Part shown: in pieces, positions 1-9,925 of the stretch | Numbering within the stretch: the stretch's first letter is position 1 | Layout: each line of letters opens with the position of its first letter | Assembly (NCBI GenBank): GCA_046483305.1 | Contig: JAWODM010000004.1 | Span: forward strand, 46,894 to 110,893 | Direction: 5' to 3' | Length of the DNA stretch: 64,000 bases | Source of the DNA: Candidatus Krumholzibacteriales bacterium | GTDB lineage: Bacteria > Krumholzibacteriota > Krumholzibacteriia > Krumholzibacteriales > WJIX01 | Notes under the pieces: model-generated | What the model was told of the DNA's origin: nothing | What the model saw: the letters and a program-made list of their open reading frames with translations, nothing else | Databases searched by the model: none | Translations under genes and position numbers: made by a program

Positions 1-546
1 TCCGGCTGGGAATACCTTGATATCCGGGTTTCCTGGTCTCATACCGCACACCGTCTATATCATAATGATATTTTCAGGATACGGTTGACTGCCACCCGGG
101 CCGGCAGATTGAGCTCGGGAATAGTACTCAGAGCTGACTCCAGAGGCGTGCAGGGAACCGGCAGGGAGAACCTTTTATTCGTAGAGGGGGTTGCCGCTTT
201 CAGGGCTGGAGAGTTATTTTCCGCCGGCTGGGAGATGATATTGCATCATTCCGGGGGGTATCGCTTCCTCAGAAACAGGCTGATAATTTCATTTAAGATA
301 GAGAGGCTGTCGATACTGGTCAACCGGGATGTATACGGCCAACGGGTTTCTGAAACAGCGGCCGGTTTAGAGTTAGCCCTCTCCGATCGATTATCCCTTC
401 TCTCGGGATACCGTTTCAGAACCGGGGAGATATCTTTCGGCATCTTTTGCTGGTTTAGCGGAAGCTGTTTTGGGATATCATGGAGTGACCATCCTGTCCT
501 GGGAACCACGGCGGGATGCGGGCTGGGAGGATTCAGGACCAGATGA
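1..546 (+). CDS. Hypothetical protein, 5'-partial; probable outer-membrane beta-barrel
   Basis: Frame is open from base 1 (SGWEYLDIRVSWSH...) through the track ORF 85..546. Alternating amphipathic strands and a C-terminal 'HPVLGTT' segment. Stop overlaps the next ATG (ATGA, 543-546). Confidence 0.55.
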   Translation, partial: SGWEYLDIRVSWSHTAHRLYHNDIFRIRLTATRAGRLSSGIVLRADSRGVQGTGRENLLFVEGVAAFRAGELFSAGWEMILHHSGGYRFLRNRLIISFKIERLSILVNRDVYGQRVSETAAGLELALSDRLSLLSGYRFRTGEISFGIFCWFSGSCFGISWSDHPVLGTTAGCGLGGFRTR

Positions 547-2198
547 TTCGGATTGCGCTGTCCATTGCATATCTGACCGCACTGATGGCGATACCTTCCG
601 GTGGAAGGGCGGAAAGGATAACCGAAGACAAGGAACTGTTCGGGGAGCTCTCTCCGGAGCAGTACAGGATATTGAGGGAGTATGAGCGTCACCGGATAGA
701 CCTGGCTGACGGCGGGATTGAAGAGTTGCTCGATATTCCCGGATTTCCGCCAGGCCTGGCAGCCAGGATTTCGCAGCTGGAAAGAAAATACGGGAATAGA
801 TGGTTTGAGCATCTTAAGCCCCCGGAGAAAAAGCTTTTATACAGATACCGCAGATGGATAAAGCTGCCCGCTTCCGGTGACAGGTTCGATCTCGATGCCA
901 GATTCAGCGCCAGGTCTTGCGGAAATGCCGGCAGGGAACGGTTCTTCGTCTCCGCCCGGGCCGGGGATTGGAAGGGTGTTTACAGATCTGAAATTTCAGA
1001 CAACAGAAGAATAGCGACCGCAATGGTAAAAGCTGCTTTTGCGGGGGATGCATTTAGATTGTACGGCGGTGATTTCTGCCCGGATATACCACTGGGGCTT
1101 TTATCCTCTTCTTCTTTCTTCAGTTACCAGCATTCGAGCGGTTATCCCATCAGGAATTACAGGTGGGTCGGGACGGGAACCGGTTTCTACGGTAACTCTA
1201 TGCGTGGCACCGCGCTCCAGCTGAAGGGAAGTTTCTTCAGGGTTGCCTGCTTCACCGGGAATCGGAGAAAATACGATTTTACCTACGAAAGAGAGAAAAC
1301 CGCAGGCGCGGCTATGGAGTTTAATTGCAGAGCATACAGATACGGAGCAGCTGTCCTGAAAGGCGATGGAATCACCCTGAAAGGCTTTCATTTCAGGTAT
1401 ATACCTGATGAAGGCCTGGACTTCGGTATTGAGGCGGCATTATCCCCTGGAGGGGAAACGGCCTGGTCGGCCGGCTTGAAATGCCGATTGAAAGGTTTCA
1501 GGGCCGGATTTCTGCTTTACAGCGTGGGAAGCGGTTTCAGGAGCGGGATGGGTAAGATTCCGGGGGCCGGTACCTCGGTAGCCGGCGAAAAAAGAGGTAT
1601 GGGAGCGTCCGCAAGGAAGAGATTGTATAGGGGGTTGTATGCGGCATTCTGCGCTGAGGGTATTGTGAAACGAACGTTTTATTCCAGGGAAAGGAAGGTT
1701 TCGGCCAGCGCGAGACTGGATGCCCGGAAGAAAGGCAGCAGTCTGATACTGGAATGGAAATTTGATTCCCTGGAAAAAGGAAGACTTGTTCCCTTCCCGC
1801 CCGTTCAGTCAGAAATAACGGACGGAAAAGGAAAAATCAAGTCAATCATAAACCTGCGGTTATCGAACCAGCTGCGCCTCAGGACATCCTGCAGGTACAT
1901 TTACGGCAGTGATTGCGGAGTGATGATATATCCCTCAGCGCGGCTGAGCGCCTTTAATGGTTCTCTTCAGACTGATCTGGGGGTTGCACTATACAGCTCC
2001 GTTAAGGGTAATCCATTGTTCTACGCCTATGTCCCTTCCGCCAGAGGCGGTTATCCGTGGAAACGCCTCAGCGGAGAAGGAAGGTTTATGGCCGCCAGGA
2101 TAAAATTCAAACTAAAGAACTTATCACTTTGTATTTCAATTAACGGGGAGAGCGGAGACGAACTTGAATCGGGTATACAGATATCCGCATTATTTTGA
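543..2198 (+). CDS. Secreted/outer-membrane protein with ComEA-like helix-hairpin-helix motif and probable beta-barrel C-terminus
   Basis: ATG 543 is coupled to the upstream stop. Signal peptide MIRIALSIAYLTALMA, HhH-like 'ELLDIPGFPPGLAARI', terminal Phe (ISALF). Confidence 0.55.
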   Translation: MIRIALSIAYLTALMAIPSGGRAERITEDKELFGELSPEQYRILREYERHRIDLADGGIEELLDIPGFPPGLAARISQLERKYGNRWFEHLKPPEKKLLYRYRRWIKLPASGDRFDLDARFSARSCGNAGRERFFVSARAGDWKGVYRSEISDNRRIATAMVKAAFAGDAFRLYGGDFCPDIPLGLLSSSSFFSYQHSSGYPIRNYRWVGTGTGFYGNSMRGTALQLKGSFFRVACFTGNRRKYDFTYEREKTAGAAMEFNCRAYRYGAAVLKGDGITLKGFHFRYIPDEGLDFGIEAALSPGGETAWSAGLKCRLKGFRAGFLLYSVGSGFRSGMGKIPGAGTSVAGEKRGMGASARKRLYRGLYAAFCAEGIVKRTFYSRERKVSASARLDARKKGSSLILEWKFDSLEKGRLVPFPPVQSEITDGKGKIKSIINLRLSNQLRLRTSCRYIYGSDCGVMIYPSARLSAFNGSLQTDLGVALYSSVKGNPLFYAYVPSARGGYPWKRLSGEGRFMAARIKFKLKNLSLCISINGESGDELESGIQISALF

Positions 2199-2243
2199 TT
2201 ATCGGCTGCAATCTGGAATCAATTCTGCACTATATAAGAATTC

Positions 2244-3770
2244 ATGGAAACAAGATTCAGAATACTGTACGAAGCTGCCGGAATTGAAAGCAGGGCTATT
2301 CCCGTCAAAACTGATTTCCCTTTCTCCGACTACCTTGAGGAAATAGCGGGAATTGATATCGACCGGAACGACAGTGAACGGATCGCTGATATCGCGGGGG
2401 AGGAAACGGTACGCCGGAGAGCAGGCAGGCTGGCGGAATTTCTTTCCATATCCGCCGATCCTGGCAGAGATATTCTCTATATATTATCCCGGGCTGTCTC
2501 GGGAGATAAATGGGGCATGAAACTGCTTTTCACTATCTTCCTGGCTGAGCCTTCCCCGGCAAGAGTAATCTCCGAATACTCTGGTTTTGAAAATCTCAGG
2601 CGCCTGATGAAATATATCGGCGAGAAGGTAGATGCGGGGCGGCAGCTCTCCGAGAGAGAACAGCTCTTAAGCAGGAAAGTTGAACTGCTTCCGATATCCC
2701 ATCCCCTTCCGGGATCCGGCTCGGATGAAAATTCCTGGGAAGGCTGGAAGAAGGGTGTAAGCAGGGCAATGTCGGACCCGGATAATAATTGGGAAGATCA
2801 GTTGAGGGAAAGAATATATGCTGAACTTGAGGCCAGACTGATAAGGGTAAACAGAATTTTTTCGGAGATTGATTCTTCAGCTCACCGGAATCTGGCTGCC
2901 GCGCTGGTTAACATGAGGGAAAAGGCGAGCTGGACCCTGGAATCAATGAGGGACGCTCCGCATATATCGGCAGATTCGACTTTATACATTAAAAGCGGGC
3001 TTTCCGGCCACTGGAAGAATACTTTGAAAAGCCTGGAGAAAAGAGCGGCAGGCAGGATTGTGAAAAGTATGTTCGAGGCGCAGGAGAAAAAAGTTCATTC
3101 CTACCCTGGCCTTCAGGCCGGAACGGCGGTGGTAAGGGCAGTTCTGAATCATCCCCAGGTATCATCATACTGGAAGCCGGATATATTAAGTTCTCTGCAA
3201 ATCTTTCTTGAATCGTCGGGAAGAGACAGGCTGGAGTTCGTCTTTCCCTCATCGAGAGTAGATGCCGCTCTCTTCAGGCTTCAGGGGTTCAGACTGGAGG
3301 GAAATATACTTACCGTTGAATTCAACAGGATCTCCAGAACTCAGTTTCTGGACACAGAGGGTATCCCTCTGGAATTCGACTGGGGAGTTACCATAGAAAA
3401 AGGTTCAGGAGATGATTATAAGTTTATGATATTATCAAACCTGGATAATGCTTCATTGCTGAAACATATACTGGAAAACCCCAAACTTGCTTCCAAACCG
3501 GGAGTAGTGTCCCTGATTTCACTGAGTTGCAAATCAGCTGACGTCCTGACCAGGATAGCCACCCGGAGGGATCTGTATACCGGTTTTGCCAATAAGGATG
3601 TTCCGCGCAATCTGCTTATGAACCCGGCGAGGATTCCTCTGACCGCTCTCAGGAAGTTCATCCATGTCAGGTATATAGATAAAATGACCCTGCGCCATAT
3701 GGCTAACAAGGGAGGCCAGGTAAGAGAAGAGATCCGCAGGGAAATAGAAAAGTATCTTAATTCTCAGTAA
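2244..3770 (+). CDS. Hypothetical protein (508 aa) with a helical C-terminal domain
   Basis: Long ORF with host-like codon usage. C-terminus 'ILENPK...DVLTRIATRR...LLMNPARIP'. No recognisable catalytic motif. Confidence 0.7.
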   Translation: METRFRILYEAAGIESRAIPVKTDFPFSDYLEEIAGIDIDRNDSERIADIAGEETVRRRAGRLAEFLSISADPGRDILYILSRAVSGDKWGMKLLFTIFLAEPSPARVISEYSGFENLRRLMKYIGEKVDAGRQLSEREQLLSRKVELLPISHPLPGSGSDENSWEGWKKGVSRAMSDPDNNWEDQLRERIYAELEARLIRVNRIFSEIDSSAHRNLAAALVNMREKASWTLESMRDAPHISADSTLYIKSGLSGHWKNTLKSLEKRAAGRIVKSMFEAQEKKVHSYPGLQAGTAVVRAVLNHPQVSSYWKPDILSSLQIFLESSGRDRLEFVFPSSRVDAALFRLQGFRLEGNILTVEFNRISRTQFLDTEGIPLEFDWGVTIEKGSGDDYKFMILSNLDNASLLKHILENPKLASKPGVVSLISLSCKSADVLTRIATRRDLYTGFANKDVPRNLLMNPARIPLTALRKFIHVRYIDKMTLRHMANKGGQVREEIRREIEKYLNSQ

Positions 3771-3837
3771 AAACAGAATATCCCGCCGCAAAAATCACTT
3801 TGAATATACCGGCCCGGATGCTACATTATTACTGAAG

Positions 3838-3866
3838 TTGACAATTTTATTTCAGTTAGTTAGTAT
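3838..3866 (+). promoter_or_regulatory. sigma70-type promoter
   Basis: TTGACA (3838-3843), 17 nt, TAGTAT (3861-3866), upstream of the aminotransferase. Confidence 0.65.
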
Positions 3867-3914
3867 AGTCCGGCAATTTAATATGTTTTAATGACCTTTG
3901 AGATTGGAGGGAGT

Positions 3915-5066
3915 ATGCTGGCAGAGAGAATGAGCCGTCTCGGTACAGAGACAGCATTTGAAGTGCTCCAGAAGGCTAACCAGATGGAAGCGGAAGGACG
4001 GGAAGTCATTCACCTGGAGATAGGGGAACCTGATTTCGATACCCCCGGGAATATTATTGACGCCGCTATTAAAGCTCTGAAAGAAGGCTATACTCATTAC
4101 GGCCCTTCCGCCGGGATGCTGAAGACCAGGGAGGTCTTTGCTGAGTTTATAAGTTCCGACCGCGGAGTTGAAGTGGGTCCTGATAATATCGTAGTTACCC
4201 CCGGCGCCAAGCCGATTCTTTTCTTTTCCATTCTTGCCCTGGTCGATAAGGGCGACGAAGTTATATATCCCAATCCCGGATTCCCCATCTATGAATCGGT
4301 GATAAATTTCATGGGAGGCAAACCTGTCCCTATCCAGCTCAGGGAGGAAAAGGAGTTTTCCTTTGACCTGGAAGATATGAAAAAGCTGGTCAATGACAAG
4401 ACCAAGCTGATTATAATAAACTCGCCCCACAATCCTACCGGGGGATCGCTGAGGCCCGAGGATATGAAGGGTATTGCTGAACTGGCCAACAAATACGATG
4501 CCTGGATCCTCAGTGATGAGGTTTACAGCAAGATGGTATACGATGGCGAGCATGTGAGTATTTATGATTATCCCGAAGCTATGGACCGTACAATTCTCCT
4601 GGAGGGCCACTCCAAGACTTACGCAATGACGGGATGGAGGCTCGGTTACGGGGTAATGCCTGAAAAGCTGGCTTCACAGATCGCCAAGATTCAGACCAAC
4701 AGCAATTCCTGCACGAACAGTTTCGTGCAGATGGCGGGTATCGAGGCCATAACCGGGCCTCAGGATGAGTCCAGGAAGATGATGGCTGAGTTCAAGGCCA
4801 GGCGGGATATGTTCGTGGATGGATTGAATAAGCTTCCCGGATTTTCATGCCTGAAACCAAAGGGAGCATTTTATGTGTTTCCAAATATAACGGGGACAGG
4901 CAAGAAATCGAAGGAGCTGGAAGAATACCTGCTTAATGAGGCGGGTGTGGCTGGCCTGAGTGGAACCAGCTTCGGGAAATATGGCGAGGGGTACCTGAGA
5001 TTTTCCTACGCCAACTCACAGAAGAACCTGAAAAGGGCTCTGGAACTGATACAGGAAGTACTTTAA
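3915..5066 (+). CDS. aspC: PLP-dependent aminotransferase class I/II (aspartate aminotransferase-like)
   Basis: IGEPDF, NSPHNPTG, SDEVY and PLP-lysine motif SKTYAMTGWRLG. RBS GGAGGGAG before ATG 3915. Confidence 0.85.
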   Translation: MLAERMSRLGTETAFEVLQKANQMEAEGREVIHLEIGEPDFDTPGNIIDAAIKALKEGYTHYGPSAGMLKTREVFAEFISSDRGVEVGPDNIVVTPGAKPILFFSILALVDKGDEVIYPNPGFPIYESVINFMGGKPVPIQLREEKEFSFDLEDMKKLVNDKTKLIIINSPHNPTGGSLRPEDMKGIAELANKYDAWILSDEVYSKMVYDGEHVSIYDYPEAMDRTILLEGHSKTYAMTGWRLGYGVMPEKLASQIAKIQTNSNSCTNSFVQMAGIEAITGPQDESRKMMAEFKARRDMFVDGLNKLPGFSCLKPKGAFYVFPNITGTGKKSKELEEYLLNEAGVAGLSGTSFGKYGEGYLRFSYANSQKNLKRALELIQEVL

Positions 5067-5119
5067 GCCGCCTCTTTCCGCGGCCGCTCAGGTAGTAACA
5101 GATTATTTCGGAGGTTTCC

Positions 5120-6067
5120 TTGAATCGTAAAATAGATGTTATTGCTCTCGGCGGGAATGCGATCATTCCCGCCGGGGGGGATGGCACAATCGAAGAGCAA
5201 CGTGAAGTTACCCGGGAAACCATGAGACAGGTAGCCGCTTTGATTAAGGAAGGCAGAAAGGTTATTCTGACCCATGGGAATGGTCCTATCGTGGGTAATA
5301 TCATTGAGCGAAACGATGCTGTCAGCGATCGTATCCCCCCGATGCCGATAGATGTCTGCGGAGCGGATTCCCAGGGCGGCATAGGCTACATGATACAGCA
5401 GATTCTGGGCAATCAGCTCAGAAGCCTGGGGATTGACAGGGAGATAGTTTCCCTGGTATCGCAGGTCAGGGTGGACGGAAATGACGATGCTTTTCAGAAT
5501 CCCACCAAACCGATCGGGCCTTTCTACTCGGGAGAAGAAAAAGACAGGATAGTGAAAAAAAAGAACTGGATGATGAGGGAAGATGTGGATGGACGTGGAT
5601 TCAGAAGAGTGGTTCCCAGCCCTACCCCGCTGGAGATAATAGAAGCCGGAGTTATTTCGAAACTCCTGGAAATGGATGTGATAGTGATCGCGGTGGGCGG
5701 AGGGGGCATTCCGGTGATAAGGGATAATGGTGTTTTGAGAGGTGTGGAGGCGGTTATTGACAAGGATAGGGCAGCATCCGTACTGGCTGAAGAGATTGGA
5801 GCGGACCGGCTTATAATACTTACCAACGTGGATTTTGTCTATGCCGATTACGGTAAGGACAGCCAGAAAGCTCTGAGGAGTATCTCCGCCGGGGAGCTGA
5901 GGAAACGTTACCGTAATTATGAGTTCCCGGCCGGAAGTATGGGCCCTAAGGTAAGGGCAGCCCTCGATTTCATTGAGAGCGGCGGCGGGAATGCGGTGAT
6001 TGCGAATGTTACCGACCTGCTGGAAGCCTGCCGTTCTGAGAAGGGGACCAGTATCTACCCCGGATGA
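5120..6067 (+). CDS. arcC: Carbamate kinase
   Basis: ALGGNA, THGNGP, PTKPIGPFY, RRVVPSP, EAVIDKD, GSMGPKV. TTG start with GGAGG RBS. Confidence 0.93.
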   Translation: MNRKIDVIALGGNAIIPAGGDGTIEEQREVTRETMRQVAALIKEGRKVILTHGNGPIVGNIIERNDAVSDRIPPMPIDVCGADSQGGIGYMIQQILGNQLRSLGIDREIVSLVSQVRVDGNDDAFQNPTKPIGPFYSGEEKDRIVKKKNWMMREDVDGRGFRRVVPSPTPLEIIEAGVISKLLEMDVIVIAVGGGGIPVIRDNGVLRGVEAVIDKDRAASVLAEEIGADRLIILTNVDFVYADYGKDSQKALRSISAGELRKRYRNYEFPAGSMGPKVRAALDFIESGGGNAVIANVTDLLEACRSEKGTSIYPG

Positions 6068-6125
6068 GAGGCCGGCGGTAACTGTCTTCAATACGATTTT
6101 TGTTGAGCAGGGCCCTGGAGCAGAC

Positions 6126-7364
6126 GTGCCGAAAATCGATCTTCCCTATAAATCCGGCCACCTTGGAATAAATATAGATGGAAGCTTTTATGAGCCCTCC
6201 TGTAAACTTCCTTCGCCGCTGTCAGATATCGCCGGGGCGCTCGAGGTTTCAGTGAATTCACCGGTCTCCTCTCCTCCTCTGAAGGATGTTATTCCCGGCC
6301 GCGGCAGGATATCCATACTGGTTCCGGACATGACCAGGGGAAGTTCCGTGAAAAAGATCCTTCCCCACATTATGGATCTCCTCGCAAGCTCCGGGGTAAG
6401 GCCGGAAAGGATAGAGATCCTGGTGGCTAACGGGACCCACCGGATAGAAACAGAGCGGGAATTAACCGAACATCTGGGAGGAGAGATAACAGAAAAGTTC
6501 AGGATATATCAGCACCGGCCGGATGACCCGGAAAGCCATATCCGGGTGGGAGCCACCCCCGCGAACAGCGACCTTTACCTTGACAGGCGGATGGCCGGAT
6601 CGAGCCTGATATTGCCCGTAAGCTCCGTCTCATTCCATTATTTCGCGGGTTTCGGAGGGGGAAGAAAGATGATTATGCCCGGTATGGCCGACCGGGTTTC
6701 GATCCTGCGTAATCACAGGCTCTCCCTGAAGAAAAATCCTGACGAAGGGTTGTCGGAAGGATGCCGGGCCGGAAATCTGGGGGGAAATCCGGTTCATCGG
6801 GATATGGTATCCGCAGTCAAACTGCTTAAAACGAGAATATTCATGATAAACCTGGTTGCCGATCCCGCCGGAAATATATTATTCATCAATTCGGGTGACA
6901 TCTTCGAATCACACCGCAGGGCCTGTGAATATCTGACCGGCAGATTTACCATCAGACTGGACAGGAGATTCTCTGTGGTGGCGGTATCATGCGGAGGGTC
7001 TCCGAAAGACATTAATCTGCTTCAGGTGCATAAAACGCTGCGTTACGCTTCGGCAGCCGCTGAAAAGGGGGCGGATATATACTGCATTGCCGCCTGCTAT
7101 GAAGGGATAGGATCGTCCACTTACCGGGAGGCGGCGGCGCTGGTCAGCTTCCGTGAAGAGGATTATACCCTGAATACCCAGACCGCCGTTTCCACTCGCC
7201 AGCTCACTTCTCAATACAATATTTTCCTTCAATCGGAGCTGGATGAACGCACGGTGAGAAGATTCGGCTTTCAGCCATGGAAAAGCGGGAAGATAATTTC
7301 AGGGGGAGGCAATTTGCTGGTATTAAGAGACGGTTCATACTTTCTGCCAGAGCCGGGGTCCTGA
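6126..7364 (+). CDS. larA: LarA-family (nickel-pincer) racemase/epimerase
   Basis: PDMTR, ANGTHR, FHYFAGFGGGRKMIMPG, NH and NLLQVHK motifs. GTG 6126 follows GGAG. Confidence 0.75.
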   Translation: MPKIDLPYKSGHLGINIDGSFYEPSCKLPSPLSDIAGALEVSVNSPVSSPPLKDVIPGRGRISILVPDMTRGSSVKKILPHIMDLLASSGVRPERIEILVANGTHRIETERELTEHLGGEITEKFRIYQHRPDDPESHIRVGATPANSDLYLDRRMAGSSLILPVSSVSFHYFAGFGGGRKMIMPGMADRVSILRNHRLSLKKNPDEGLSEGCRAGNLGGNPVHRDMVSAVKLLKTRIFMINLVADPAGNILFINSGDIFESHRRACEYLTGRFTIRLDRRFSVVAVSCGGSPKDINLLQVHKTLRYASAAAEKGADIYCIAACYEGIGSSTYREAAALVSFREEDYTLNTQTAVSTRQLTSQYNIFLQSELDERTVRRFGFQPWKSGKIISGGGNLLVLRDGSYFLPEPGS

Positions 7365-7536
7365 ATCCGGAAAGATACGAATTCGAAAACAGCAGGTAAA
7401 TACACCCGAAGTTTACATATTCCGTTGACAGGCTTTGCCGAAAATGCGCCGGAACAGAAATATCTTAAAACAGAAATATATTTATGTTAATTTCGAATAG
7501 TCGAATGGAAAGTCAAAAAAACAGGAAGGAAAAAAT

Positions 7537-8802
7537 ATGAAGGTTCTGGTGATCGGTTCCGGCGGGCGGGAACACGCCCTGGCCTGGAAATTGAATCAGT
7601 CTGAAGATGTAGACAGGATATTCGCCGCACCGGGCAACGCCGGCATGGATGATCTGGCTGAGAGGATAGAAATTAATGCCGGGGATATAGATCGGCTGAA
7701 GGAATTCGCGCTGGAGAAGGAGATAGACCTTACCGTGGTTGGTCCTGAAGCGCCCCTGGTGACGGGGATAGCGGACCGGTTTTCCGAAGCGGGAATAAGA
7801 ATATTCGGATTCGGAGCGTCCGGTTCAAGGCTGGAGGGTAGTAAGGTATGGGCGAAGAATTTCATGAAGAGAAACCGTATACCGACCGGAGATTACCATG
7901 TGTTCGACAGTTACGCGGAAGCGGAAGAATATATTGAAGCGGGCCGGCCTCCATTTGTATTAAAGGCGGACGGGCTTGCCGCCGGAAAAGGTGTGATAAT
8001 CTCCCATCGGAAGGAAGATGCGAAAGAGGCGGCGGAGCGGATGATGAAAAGAAAGGTTTTTGGAGAGGCGGGGGCGAATATCGTTATCGAGGAATTTCTG
8101 GCCGGTCAGGAGATATCGATACTGGCTGTGTTTGACGGCAGGGACTACCGGCTTTTCAGCCCCTCTCAGGACCATAAGAGAGCGTACGACGGAGACCGGG
8201 GACCCAACACCGGAGGGATGGGAGCTTATGCTCCAGTGCCTTTTTTCGGACCGGAAATCAGAGAAAAAGTGATAAGTAAGATAATTGAGCCCACCTTCGG
8301 GGGGATAACATCGGAGAAGCTGGTCAAGGGAGCGGGAGTGCTCTATTTCGGCCTGATAATAGACGAAGGGGAGCCCAGAGTTCTCGAGTATAACTGCAGA
8401 TTCGGCGACCCCGAGACCCAGGTTGTACTCCCTCTCTTCGAGGGGGATCTTTTCCAGGTGATGTTTCAGGCCGCGGAGGGAAATCTAAGCTCGGCGGATT
8501 TCTCTAACAGCGATGAGGCTGCCTCCTGCGTAGTCCTCGCCTCAGGAGGGTATCCGGTATCGTACGAAAAAGGGTTCCCGATCAGCGGGATTGAAGATGC
8601 CGGGAAGTCAGGCTGTGTTGTATTTCATGCCGGAACGGCCAGAAAAAACGGCGATCTGGTGACCGCGGGGGGACGGGTTCTGGGAGTAACCGGTGTGGCC
8701 GGGAACCTGGAGAATTCACTGAAGAAAGCCTATCGGGGTATTGATAAAATCAGTTTCAAGGATTCTTTTTTCAGGAGCGATATAGGGAAAAAGGCTATAT
8801 AA
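7537..8802 (+). CDS. purD: Phosphoribosylamine--glycine ligase
   Basis: GSGGREHAL, GPEAPL, KADGLAAGKGV, QDHKR, GPNTGGMGAY, RFGDPETQ. Confidence 0.97.
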   Translation: MKVLVIGSGGREHALAWKLNQSEDVDRIFAAPGNAGMDDLAERIEINAGDIDRLKEFALEKEIDLTVVGPEAPLVTGIADRFSEAGIRIFGFGASGSRLEGSKVWAKNFMKRNRIPTGDYHVFDSYAEAEEYIEAGRPPFVLKADGLAAGKGVIISHRKEDAKEAAERMMKRKVFGEAGANIVIEEFLAGQEISILAVFDGRDYRLFSPSQDHKRAYDGDRGPNTGGMGAYAPVPFFGPEIREKVISKIIEPTFGGITSEKLVKGAGVLYFGLIIDEGEPRVLEYNCRFGDPETQVVLPLFEGDLFQVMFQAAEGNLSSADFSNSDEAASCVVLASGGYPVSYEKGFPISGIEDAGKSGCVVFHAGTARKNGDLVTAGGRVLGVTGVAGNLENSLKKAYRGIDKISFKDSFFRSDIGKKAI

Positions 8803-8846
8803 CAGAACAGAGAAACGTCCCCCAACGTAAAGTAGAAGGAGAAAAT

Positions 8847-9311
8847 ATGAAAGAGGAGATTCAGGTAGCGGTATTAATCGGAAGCAACTCCGACCGGGAG
8901 GTAATCGAACCATGTATGAGCAAGCTTGAGGAACTGGGACTGAAAGGCGAGCTGGTGGTGAGATCGGCGCACCGGATGCCGGAGAAAACCAGAAAGTACG
9001 TTGAGGATGCTGCTGCCAGAGGAGCCAGTGTATTTATCGCGGGAGCTGGTATGGCTGCCGCTCTGCCCGGCTATGTTGCATCCATAACCGAAAAGCCCGT
9101 AATAGGGGTTCCGGTGCCTACCGGTATGCCTGACGGGATGGACGCGCTTCTGGCCATGGTCCAGATGCCTCCGGGAATTCCGGTAGCCACAGTCGCAGTG
9201 GGAAGGGCTGGCGCGAAGAATGCGGCGGTACTGGCCGCCGAAATTATAGCTCTCCATGATGAAAAGGTCAGAGAAAAACTCAAGTCGATGAGGGAAGAAT
9301 GGAGAAAGTAA
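8847..9311 (+). CDS. purE: N5-CAIR mutase
   Basis: GSNSD, SAHR, AGAGMAAALPG, PVIGVP, QMPPGIPVATV. Confidence 0.95.
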   Translation: MKEEIQVAVLIGSNSDREVIEPCMSKLEELGLKGELVVRSAHRMPEKTRKYVEDAAARGASVFIAGAGMAAALPGYVASITEKPVIGVPVPTGMPDGMDALLAMVQMPPGIPVATVAVGRAGAKNAAVLAAEIIALHDEKVREKLKSMREEWRK

Positions 9312-9925
9312 TAGAGGGAAGGGCCGGTACAATAGATATCTCGGAGGCCGCTGCTGTTGTAAGGTCGGGGGGAGTGGCGGTATTACCCACCGATACGATT
9401 TACGGCCTTCATGCCGACGCAGGAAATAAAAGAGCCATAGAGAGAGTTATAAAGATAAAAGGCAAAGGAGATGCCCCGGTTTTCGTGCTTCTTGCTTCCG
9501 GGATGGATATGGCCGGGCTGGTGGTATCTTCATGGAAGCACAATTCCAGAGGGTTACTCAGCTCGGTATGGCCCGCGCCACTGACAGCCTTACTGCCGGC
9601 AGCCGATGATTTGAACAGATATGCCCGTCAACAGGGAAAAGTCGCGTTACGCGTACCTGATTATCCCTGGTTGAGAAATTTGATTCAAATGATCGGATAC
9701 CCGATAATTTCCACTAGCGTCAATAGAAGCGGAGAGCGGCCGCTGAGCGGTTTCCGGGAGATAAGGCAGAGTTTCGATTTCCTGGACCTGTATGTCAGGG
9801 GAAATGAAGAGAGCCGCGGGGAGCCGTCCACAATTATCGATTTTACGTCCAAGCCGCCGCTGCTGATCAGAAGGGGGGCGTTCGACCCTCCATTCGAAAC
9901 CATTAAAGAAAAAGATAATCCCTGA
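9299..9925 (+). CDS. tsaC: L-threonylcarbamoyladenylate synthase (YrdC/Sua5 domain)
   Basis: PTDTIYGL, WPAPLT, ALRVPD, STSVNRSG, PSTIID. Confidence 0.88.
   Translation: MEKVIEGRAGTIDISEAAAVVRSGGVAVLPTDTIYGLHADAGNKRAIERVIKIKGKGDAPVFVLLASGMDMAGLVVSSWKHNSRGLLSSVWPAPLTALLPAADDLNRYARQQGKVALRVPDYPWLRNLIQMIGYPIISTSVNRSGERPLSGFREIRQSFDFLDLYVRGNEESRGEPSTIIDFTSKPPLLIRRGAFDPPFETIKEKDNP

Noticed and set aside
7365..7536. Possible purine/ZTP riboswitch upstream of purD
   Set aside because: AT-rich with only a short AACAGAAATAT direct repeat; no recognisable aptamer or terminator.
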